Source: an uncultured bacterium | GTDB lineage: Bacteria > Verrucomicrobiota > Kiritimatiellia > RFP12 > UBA3636 | Assembly (NCBI GenBank): GCA_902793555.1 | Contig: CADBEF010000008.1 | Span: 420 to 64,419, forward strand | DNA length: 64,000 bases | Reading direction: 5' to 3' | Shown here: positions 47,624 through 54,931 of the stretch, in pieces | Numbering within the stretch: the stretch's first letter is position 1 | Layout of the letters: every line of letters begins with the position of its first letter | The notes under the pieces: generated by a model | The model's input: only the letters and a program-made list of their open reading frames with translations | What the model was told of the DNA's origin: nothing | Database searches by the model: none | Program-made: the position numbers and the translations under genes

Positions 47624-48850
47624 CTACCACGCCGCCGGGATCTTCAGCGTCTCGCCGCCCTTCATCGCGGAAAGGTGCGCGTAGACGCCCGCAAGCGTGG
47701 TGTCGAGCGCGGTCCTGAGGTCCACGCAGACCTTGTGCCCCGGCACGAGGATGCCGCGCAGGAAGTCGTCGGTGAGGTAGCTGTGCGAGCCGCCGTGGCC
47801 GCCGGCGTCCACGCCGGGCGGAAGCGGCGGCTTGGCGAGGTCCATCTCCGCGACCTCGGCGTCGAACCAGCCGCGGTAGCCGCCCTTCTCGGGCACGTAG
47901 CAGCCCTTGTTGCCGAAGATGCGGCCGATCTCGCCGCCGAAGGCCGGGACGTCCCACGCCACGAGCATGCGCGCGGTGGAGCCGTCCTCGCAGCGCATCA
48001 TGGCGAACTCGCTGCCGTAGGGGTTGGCATAGCGGTTGTTCTCCGGCTTGTAGTGGGTCTTGAGCGACGGCACCCCGGAGCACGCGACCTCGACGAAGCG
48101 CTTGTGCGTGACGCAGGTGTAGAAGGCGTTGGAGTGGGTCGGGTAGTACTGCGGCGGGCAGCCCTCGCGCCACTTGCCGAAGCTGCCGCACATCACCGAG
48201 TCGAGGTCGTTGCCGTCCGGGTGGTAGTATTCACCCTCGGTGTAGACGACGTCGCCGAGCATGCCGGCCTCGTAGAGCTTGCGCATGGCGTAGCCCTCGG
48301 GGCGGAACGCGGTGGTCTCGTTCATCATGTAGAGCCTCCCGCTCGCCTTCACGGCGTCCACGAGCTTCGGCACCATCTCGAGCTGGTCCGCGCCGAAGAA
48401 GGCCGGCACGGCGCTCGCGACGTGCAGGCCGTGCTCGAGGGCCATGATCGCGAGGCGCACGTGGCTCGGCGCGTCGGTCGCGATGTAGACCGCCTCGACC
48501 CGGTCCTCCTCCGCGTGCTTCAGCAGCTCCTCGAACGTCGGGTAGCGGTTCTTCGCGCGGGTGCGCTCCTGCAGCTTGAGGCAAAGGTCCGGATCGAGGT
48601 CGGAGACCGCGACCACCTCGGCGTTGGGATGCTGCTGGTAGCCGAACTGCGAGCCGAAGGAGCAGACCCCTTCGCCCACGATGGCGACGCGCACGCGACG
48701 TTCGGAGAACGGCTGCCAGACCGCGCTGGCGTTCGCGCCGGCGTCGGTTTCCTCGAAGCCCTGGATCCGCGCGAGCTGCGCGGGGCTCGCGCCCCGCTCC
48801 GCCGCGCTATCAGGACCATGATCGGGATGGGTTTCGGGATTCGTTTTCAT
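47624..48850 (-). CDS. Gfo/Idh/MocA-family NAD(P)-dependent oxidoreductase
   Basis: Rossmann N-terminus 'VRVAIVGEGVCSFGSQFGYQQHPNAEVVAVSD'. True start may lie downstream of the annotated ATG, because the first ~50 codons contain the palindromic element. Confidence 0.75.
   Translation of the reverse strand: MKTNPETHPDHGPDSAAERGASPAQLARIQGFEETDAGANASAVWQPFSERRVRVAIVGEGVCSFGSQFGYQQHPNAEVVAVSDLDPDLCLKLQERTRAKNRYPTFEELLKHAEEDRVEAVYIATDAPSHVRLAIMALEHGLHVASAVPAFFGADQLEMVPKLVDAVKASGRLYMMNETTAFRPEGYAMRKLYEAGMLGDVVYTEGEYYHPDGNDLDSVMCGSFGKWREGCPPQYYPTHSNAFYTCVTHKRFVEVACSGVPSLKTHYKPENNRYANPYGSEFAMMRCEDGSTARMLVAWDVPAFGGEIGRIFGNKGCYVPEKGGYRGWFDAEVAEMDLAKPPLPPGVDAGGHGGSHSYLTDDFLRGILVPGHKVCVDLRTALDTTLAGVYAHLSAMKGGETLKIPAAW
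48773..48817 (+). repeat. Copy 3 of the palindromic element (gagctgcgcggggc-tcgc-gccccgctccgccgcgctatcaggacc)
   Basis: Near-identical to copy 1 over ~35 nt. Within the first 80 nt of minus-strand gene 48850. Confidence 0.9.
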
Positions 48851-48892
48851 GGTGGAGGTATCGATGGTTGGGATGTCCTTGGGAAGACGCCG

Positions 48893-48901
48893 TAGATTCT
48901 A
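48893..48901 (-). promoter_or_regulatory. -10-like TGGTAGAAT (minus strand), ~45 nt upstream of ATG 48850
   Basis: Reverse complement of attctacca, in an AT-rich island at 48890-48990. Confidence 0.35.
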
Positions 48902-49000
48902 CCATCGCCACGCATACGGCGCAAGGGATAATTCAGCCATAATACGCAGAATCTTTCGCTCGAAAAACGAATGATCTTGAGCGAGGCGCCCGCCCCGATC

Positions 49001-49140
49001 GGCGGGATTCGGGTTTCGGGAGACGGGTTTCGCGGCGGGTTTCGGCGCGGCGCCGTCGCGCCGCGGGCGGGTTTCGCGAAACCCGAAACCCGAGTCCCGC
49101 GGCGAATCCCGAAATCCGAATCCCGAATCCCGAAATTGCA
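49001..49140. repeat. Imperfect long inverted repeat built from GGGTTTC / GGGATTC heptamers, centred on the 16-bp palindrome gggtttcgcgaaaccc. The right arm is (CGAATCC)-like x5
   Basis: gggattcgggtttcggg...gggtttcgcgaaacccgaaaccc...gaatcccgaaatccgaatcccgaatcccgaaa. Confidence 0.85.
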
Positions 49141-49171
49141 GGCGGGGTGCGGCGACTGCCGCACCCCGCCA
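49141..49171 (-). terminator. Rho-independent terminator candidate for the giant minus-strand gene
   Basis: Perfect 13-bp stem ggcggggtgcggc / gccgcaccccgcc with a 4-nt loop. Starts ~19 nt after the stop (49190-49192). On the transcript it is followed by the U-rich stretch 'ugcaauuucgggauucgg'. Confidence 0.45.
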
Positions 49172-49189
49172 CGACGCACGATGGCGCGC

Positions 49190-52100
49190 CTACTTCACGA
49201 TCAGCACGGTCGCCTGCGGCGGCGGGCGGTACCAGATCTGCGTGATCTGCGCGGCGGTCTTGCCGGCGGCCTCGATTGCCGCGGCGTCGGCGTAGGCGTT
49301 GCCGTCCGCGTCCTTGAAGAAGAAGCCGCAGTAGTTCGGGCGAACGTCCTCGAAGCGGACGTTCGCCGCGTTCACGCCGCCCGGCGACTGCAAGAGCTGG
49401 ATGCCGTACTTGCCCGAGACCGAGGCCAGGCCGGGGCTCTCCTTCGGCACGCGGAGCGTCATCTTCGCGTCGTTCGCGTTGTTCGGGAACTTGTTGGAGC
49501 CGCTCGTGAACCGCACTGGCACCGCCGTGTAGCCGCCGACCGGGACCACGAACTCGAACACGTTCGTGCTCGTCGCGTATTTGAGCTGCAGCCACTGCGG
49601 CGTGAACACCGAACCCGCGCCGACGAGCCGGACCATCGTTCCATTGACGGAACTCCAGGTGTCGGGCTCGAGCTTGCCGGCGGTCACGGTGCCGCCGTCG
49701 ATTTCGAGGACGGGCGGTGGCGCGGCGGAGCCGCCGGAAAGGCCGCCCGCATTGAGCGTTGCGCCGTCCTCGACGCGGACCTTCGTGCCCGGGTAGCTCA
49801 ACTTAAAGCCGTTGAACTGCGCCGTCGTCCCCCCTGTCAGGGTGATGGTGAAGTTTTCGCCGTTCTCGTCCGCAGCGGACGCGCCAACACCTTGGATGTT
49901 GTCGAGGTACACGTTGCAATCGTCGAAGACAAGGCGCGTGCCGGCCCCCGTGTTGGCGAGGGCGTACGCCCGGAACTTGGCCGCGGCGACAGTCTTGTCC
50001 TCGGAGATGAAGACGAGATTGGTGTTCATTCCACCGACGTCCAGGGCCGAAACCCACCACCATGTCGCGTTGCCATAGCGTGTGGTCCCCTGCGTCTCCG
50101 GGATCGTCACGACGATCGGGTCGTCGCCCGCGGCCGTGGCGAAGAGCGCCGTGGAGCCGAAGACAGGATAGCCCTCGTAGCCGGTTGGGGCAAGGCTGCC
50201 CGCCGCCGTGAGCTGCCAGTTCGCGGGAACGTTCCACACGCCGGCGCTGCCGCCGATCCACGTGTAGGTGGAGTTGTCCTGGAGCTCGAAGGCCTTGTTG
50301 TAGAAGACGTTGCTCCCCGCGACATTCACGTTCGGCCAGTTGGTGGTCGCGCTTTCCGCCGTGCCGTTCACGAGCATGAGCGAGTAGTAGACCTTCGTGC
50401 CCCACGGCGAATCGGGGAAGGTGGCCGTGAGCGAATACGTTCCCGGCTCCGAGACAACCACGGAATCGGCGATGGTGTTCTCGCTGTTCCAGTTGCTGCC
50501 CGTCATCAGGTAGAGGGTCGTCGTGCCGACGCCGAGGCTCGTGACCGGTACCGTCGCGATGAGAGACTTGCCGTCGGGCGTGAAGGTCGCCCTGGCGGTG
50601 TTCCACGCGGACGCGCCGGCGGCGGTCGTGAAGGTCGCGACGGCGGAGTCGACGCCGACGGGCGTCGCGGCGTTGTTCGTCGCGGTGGCGTAGAAGGTGT
50701 AGGCCGTCTCGGGAGCGAGCCCGGTGACCGCGACGGCGAGGTTCGTGCGGCCGGTCGCCGTGCCGGCCGGGATCGTCCGCGTCTCGCCGCCGCCGGAGAG
50801 GACGAACCACACCTGCGCCGAGGTCGCGTCCGCGCCGGGCGCGTTGAGGACCGCGGAGAGGGTCGCGCTGTCGCCGGAGATGGCGGATGCGTCGGGATCG
50901 CCGAGGAAGGCGAATGCCGCCGCGATCGAACCTTCGCCGGCCCAGTCGAGCGAGACCGTGGCGGACCAGGTGACCGCGTCGCCTTTCTGCGTGTAGAAGC
51001 GCACGAAGCGCGTGTCCGCCGCGATGGCGACGAGGTAGTCGTTCGTCACCGCCGTCGCCGGGAGCGACGACGCGACGAGGCTGCCGCCCTCCCAGTCCGC
51101 CGGGTCGTTCCCGCCGTCCGTCGCGCCGTAGACGTAGCGCAGCACGCTCGACTCGCCGGGGAAGGCCTCGCCCAGCGCGACCTTCGCGGAGAGGAGCGTG
51201 CCGTCGCGCACCGCCGAGAGGACGGACACCGCGCGCGTGGGCGCCTCCGTGATAAAGAGCGAGCCGTCGCCCGGATCGACCGCCTCCTGCCACTCCGCGT
51301 CGGCCGCCGCCGGCGCGGACGCGCCGCTTGCCAGCGCGATGTAGCGCATCTTGGGGTAAAGAATCGATGTCGTCGGCTCCGCCCCCGCGCCGCCGCTGTT
51401 GTTCCAGCCCGCGAAGACGACGCGGTAATAGCCGGTCTCGGCGATGGCGAAGGGGCCGACGGCCTTCCAGCCGCCGTAGCCGCCGAACTGCGAGGCCGTG
51501 CGTTTCGCCTCCCAGTTTGCGTCGCCGTTGTCGACCCACACGTAGCCCGCGTCGTCGGCCGAGGCGCCGAACCAGTAGTCCTTGCCGCCCTCCATGTACA
51601 TGTAGCCCGCGTAGCCGAAGCCGACGTTGTTGCCCCATGTGAAGGACGTTCCGTCGACCGACGTCCAGATGTCGTGGTTGTTTCCGGAGGACCGCATCGC
51701 GAGCGGACCGAGCGTGACGACGCCGGACGCGGCAATGTCCCAGCTTGCCGCGGCGTCGGCGGGAAGGTTTGCGTCGTTGACCGCAATTGCCTGGTAGAGG
51801 CCCGGCGAGCCGGCGCCGGCATCGGAGAGCGTCGAGAACGCGGCGAGAGCGGAATCCACGCCAGCGCCAAGATTGTTCGTGGCCGTCAGGTAGGCGGTCC
51901 AGTCCGCGCCCGGCTGTAGGCCGGAAACAGTCGCCTCGATGACCTTCGGCTCCGTCGCCGGAGCAAGCGGGTAGGCGCGCGTCTGGCCGAAGCCGGTGAC
52001 GACAACCCAGAGGTTCGCGGACGTCGCATTGTCGCCAATCCCCTTGAGACGCGCCGAAATGGTCGCGCCCGTCGCCGAGACGGACGAAACGGACGGCGTT

Positions 52101-54550
52101 CCGAACTCGAACGACATGACGGCAGCGGCTTCCTCCACGTCGCCGAAGGAGACGTAGTTCGCCCTCGCCATCGTCGCGTATTCCGCCGCCATCCAATCGT
52201 CCGAGGAGGTCACGCGGCGGATGCGGATTTCGTCGAGGCCTCCGGTGAGGGGGTTGACGGTGCCGCTGCCGCCCATGCCGCCGAGGGTCAGGGCCTCGGT
52301 CGGCGTGACGACCGCGTTCAGCGTCTTCTCGTTTTTCTTGTCGCCGTCGTCGTAGAACTTCACCGCGGTTCCCAACCAGGTGCCCGCAAAGTGCTTCCAC
52401 GCGGTGTTCGGCCCGGTCGCGATGTCCGTCTGGAACTGGCTCTGGTTGGATGACCCGACCGTGATCTTGGTGTAGCTGTTCTGGAGCGTGATTTCGTAGC
52501 CGGCCGGCTTGCTCCAGTCGGACATGCACGAGACCATGCGCGTGAAGCCCGCGTTCCCCGTGACGCGCGCCCAGAAGGAGACGGTGAGCGCCGGGCCGTC
52601 GCCGAGCGTCGTCCACGCGGGATCGGGGGCGTAGCGCAGGTCGGACGAGCCGTCGAGCCAGAGCGTCTTGCCGACCGGGCCGGGATAACCGGCATTGCCG
52701 TCGTAGGTCGGCGTGCCGCGCATCGCGGTGGGGACGAGGTTCGTCACGGACTCCGCGTTGCTGCCGCTGAAGTGCCAGACGGCGTTGTATCCGGCGCGCG
52801 TCCAGACCTCGCGCGCGGCGGGCGAATCCTCGACGCTGCCCGCGTCGTTCGCCCAGTGCATCGTGATCGTCGTCGAAGAGGAGAAGGACGGCACCGAGAC
52901 CCAGATGAGCGATTCGCCAGCCGTGTTCCACGTGTCGGCCTCGAAGGGAAGGACGGCATCGTATCCGTCCGTGAACCAGAGGTGCGCGGCAGTCGGGCAG
53001 TCCTCGTAGAGGAAGCCCTCGGGCGCGTCATTGGCAAGGCGCACGAGGACGGGGAAGTTCTCAAGGGGCGTCGCAGGCGCGGACGGGAAGGAAAGCTCGC
53101 ACTCGTAGATGCCTGTTCCGGTCGGAATCCGCTTCGTCTTGAACGACGCCGTGGCGGAGTCCGCGCCGGCCGAGAGGTTGTTCGTCGCGGTGAACCAGCA
53201 GGTGTAGGTCGTCTGCTCGGCAAGGTTCTCGAGCGTGGCCGAGAGCGCCGAGGGTTCGACGCTCTTCGTGCCGAGGGCGATGCGGTTCGTCGTGGCGCCG
53301 CCGTCCGTATAGACAAGCCAGACGTCGGCCGAGGTCGCGCCTTCGCCGAGCGTGCGCAGCTCGCCCGTGACGAGCGCATTCGTCGGCGTCACGTCCGAGA
53401 CGGCGACCGCGCCGAAGCGTAGCACCTCGACGCCGGTCTCCACCTCGCCGAAGGAGACATAGTTCGCCGTCGTCACGGTCTTGTATTCCTCGGCGATCCA
53501 GTCGGCGGTCGAGGCGACGTTGCGGATGCGGATTTCGTCGAGATTGCCGCCGAAGGTCTGCGTATGGTCTGTAAAGGTGCCGAGGCCGATGCCGTTCACA
53601 AGCGTCTTTGACACATTCCAGCCGCTCTTTCCGAGGGCGCGTGACGCTCCACCGACATAGCCGACCGGAACGGAAGCGTAAACGCCGGCGACATGCCGCC
53701 AGTCATTGGCTGACAGACCATCGGAGTAGTTGAACTCCTTGTGATCGCCGCCGTTCATGACATAGCTCCGTGTTGTGGAGGCAGTCATGTTACCCAGAAC
53801 ATTGTAGTCGCTACTAAAGGCGACTGCGCGGTCGTCACCCGTCGAGTAGCATGCCTCGAAGAAGGAGATCGTGAAGCCGTTGGCGCCGATGGTCGTTGCG
53901 GACGTGCTGGCAGAGGGGACGATGAAGCCGCCGACGATGCGGTTTCCGCCCGATGTATTGTCGTTACGAATTGTCATGCCGCAGCCGGTGGGTGCGGCAG
54001 ATGCGGCCTGCCACGCCGTGGCGTCGGTCGTCTTCACCGGATATGCATCGCTCTCACTCCCCTTGTAGGCGTTCCAGCCGCTCGCGGAGGCGTCGGGGGT
54101 GTAGTGGAGGCCGTTGTCTTCGAGAATCTCGTTCATGTGCCAGACGCCGACGTAGTTCGCGAGCGACCACACCTGCGACGACGCGGGCTGGCCCGCCGGC
54201 GCGCCGCTGGCGTCCCAGTGCATCGTGATTTTCGCGGAGGATGAGAGCGAGGGGACGGAGACCCAGACGAGCGACGTGCCTTCATCGTCCCACGTATCGA
54301 CGTCGCAGGGAATCGCGTCGTCGTTCGCGTCCGTGAACCAGAGGCAGCCGCCAGTGGGACAGTCCGTGTAGGAGAAGCCCGTGGGGGCGCCCTCGGCGAG
54401 GCGCACGAGGACGGGGAAGTTTGCGAGCGCGGTCGATGGCGCGGACGGGAACGAGAGTTCGCACGTGAGATCGGCGAGCGCGGGCGCGGCGAGAAGCGCG
54501 AGCGCCGCGGCGAGCGCATGGGGAAAGAGGGGACGGGATTCGGATTTCAT
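49190..54550 (-). CDS. Giant secreted protein (1786 aa): two tandem DUF2341/LamG/FN3 units, a PA14-like module and a beta-helix-like C-region
   Basis: Signal peptide 'MKSESRPLFPHALAAALALLAAPALA'. DUF2341-like 'FPVLVRLAEGAPTGFSYTDC...LVWVSVPSLSS' present twice. Ends '...QATVLIVK'. RBS GGAAAGGA upstream. Confidence 0.85.
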   Translation of the reverse strand: MKSESRPLFPHALAAALALLAAPALADLTCELSFPSAPSTALANFPVLVRLAEGAPTGFSYTDCPTGGCLWFTDANDDAIPCDVDTWDDEGTSLVWVSVPSLSSSAKITMHWDASGAPAGQPASSQVWSLANYVGVWHMNEILEDNGLHYTPDASASGWNAYKGSESDAYPVKTTDATAWQAASAAPTGCGMTIRNDNTSGGNRIVGGFIVPSASTSATTIGANGFTISFFEACYSTGDDRAVAFSSDYNVLGNMTASTTRSYVMNGGDHKEFNYSDGLSANDWRHVAGVYASVPVGYVGGASRALGKSGWNVSKTLVNGIGLGTFTDHTQTFGGNLDEIRIRNVASTADWIAEEYKTVTTANYVSFGEVETGVEVLRFGAVAVSDVTPTNALVTGELRTLGEGATSADVWLVYTDGGATTNRIALGTKSVEPSALSATLENLAEQTTYTCWFTATNNLSAGADSATASFKTKRIPTGTGIYECELSFPSAPATPLENFPVLVRLANDAPEGFLYEDCPTAAHLWFTDGYDAVLPFEADTWNTAGESLIWVSVPSFSSSTTITMHWANDAGSVEDSPAAREVWTRAGYNAVWHFSGSNAESVTNLVPTAMRGTPTYDGNAGYPGPVGKTLWLDGSSDLRYAPDPAWTTLGDGPALTVSFWARVTGNAGFTRMVSCMSDWSKPAGYEITLQNSYTKITVGSSNQSQFQTDIATGPNTAWKHFAGTWLGTAVKFYDDGDKKNEKTLNAVVTPTEALTLGGMGGSGTVNPLTGGLDEIRIRRVTSSDDWMAAEYATMARANYVSFGDVEEAAAVMSFEFGTPSVSSVSATGATISARLKGIGDNATSANLWVVVTGFGQTRAYPLAPATEPKVIEATVSGLQPGADWTAYLTATNNLGAGVDSALAAFSTLSDAGAGSPGLYQAIAVNDANLPADAAASWDIAASGVVTLGPLAMRSSGNNHDIWTSVDGTSFTWGNNVGFGYAGYMYMEGGKDYWFGASADDAGYVWVDNGDANWEAKRTASQFGGYGGWKAVGPFAIAETGYYRVVFAGWNNSGGAGAEPTTSILYPKMRYIALASGASAPAAADAEWQEAVDPGDGSLFITEAPTRAVSVLSAVRDGTLLSAKVALGEAFPGESSVLRYVYGATDGGNDPADWEGGSLVASSLPATAVTNDYLVAIAADTRFVRFYTQKGDAVTWSATVSLDWAGEGSIAAAFAFLGDPDASAISGDSATLSAVLNAPGADATSAQVWFVLSGGGETRTIPAGTATGRTNLAVAVTGLAPETAYTFYATATNNAATPVGVDSAVATFTTAAGASAWNTARATFTPDGKSLIATVPVTSLGVGTTTLYLMTGSNWNSENTIADSVVVSEPGTYSLTATFPDSPWGTKVYYSLMLVNGTAESATTNWPNVNVAGSNVFYNKAFELQDNSTYTWIGGSAGVWNVPANWQLTAAGSLAPTGYEGYPVFGSTALFATAAGDDPIVVTIPETQGTTRYGNATWWWVSALDVGGMNTNLVFISEDKTVAAAKFRAYALANTGAGTRLVFDDCNVYLDNIQGVGASAADENGENFTITLTGGTTAQFNGFKLSYPGTKVRVEDGATLNAGGLSGGSAAPPPVLEIDGGTVTAGKLEPDTWSSVNGTMVRLVGAGSVFTPQWLQLKYATSTNVFEFVVPVGGYTAVPVRFTSGSNKFPNNANDAKMTLRVPKESPGLASVSGKYGIQLLQSPGGVNAANVRFEDVRPNYCGFFFKDADGNAYADAAAIEAAGKTAAQITQIWYRPPPQATVLIVK

Positions 54551-54610
54551 GGCGGATTCCTTTCCGTGGGCCCGGGGTCGTCAGGGTACACTCCGGGTCC
54601 GGCAATGGAA

Positions 54611-54639
54611 ATTTTAGCACACGCGGGCGCGCCGCGCAA
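54611..54639 (-). promoter_or_regulatory. Sigma70-like promoter (minus strand) TTGCGC-17-TGTGCTAAAAT (extended -10) in an AT-rich island
   Basis: Reverse complement of gcgcaa...attttagcaca. ~60-nt leader with GGAAAGGA RBS before ATG 54550. Confidence 0.4.
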
Positions 54640-54706
54640 GGGTGGATTTGCGCAGATTACGCACAAATTTTCGCCTAAAAAACGAATACGACCAAACTGC
54701 CCCCCC

Positions 54707-54846
54707 CTGCCCCGCTCACCGGCCGCTCAGGACCAGAAAGCGGAATAGCCACGCAGTGCGAAGAAGCATACGGGACCTTTCCTCACAGCGGTCCTGAGTG
54801 CCCGGCGAGCGGGGAGGCGGGGAGGGGGCCCCGCGGAGCTCGGGCA
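54707..54846. repeat. Inverted pair of palindromic-element arms (54707-54732 plus orientation; 54789-54846 minus orientation) flanking a ~55-bp spacer. MITE-like or long-hairpin structure
   Basis: gccccgctcaccggccgctcaggacc ... ggtcctgagtgcccggcgagcggggaggcggggagggggccccgcggagctcg. A C8 homopolymer sits at 54698-54705. Confidence 0.8.
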
Positions 54847-54918
54847 CATTCGCTTTCCGGGCGAAGGAATCTGCGCATTCCGCCCGCTTCTCCCTTGACC
54901 CGCCGCGCACCGCTCGGG

Positions 54919-54924
54919 TAGAAT
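54919..54924 (+). promoter_or_regulatory. -10 TAGAAT, 7 nt upstream of ATG 54932 (leaderless-type)
   Basis: gggTAGAATgggccccATGaaaacc. Confidence 0.45.
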
Positions 54925-54931
54925 GGGCCCC

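Noticed and set aside
48851-48880. Degenerate 'catcccaaccatcgatacctccaccATG' upstream of minus-strand gene 48850 as another DHP-type leader
   Set aside because: Only a loose resemblance to GACCATCCC units. Not counted as a family member.
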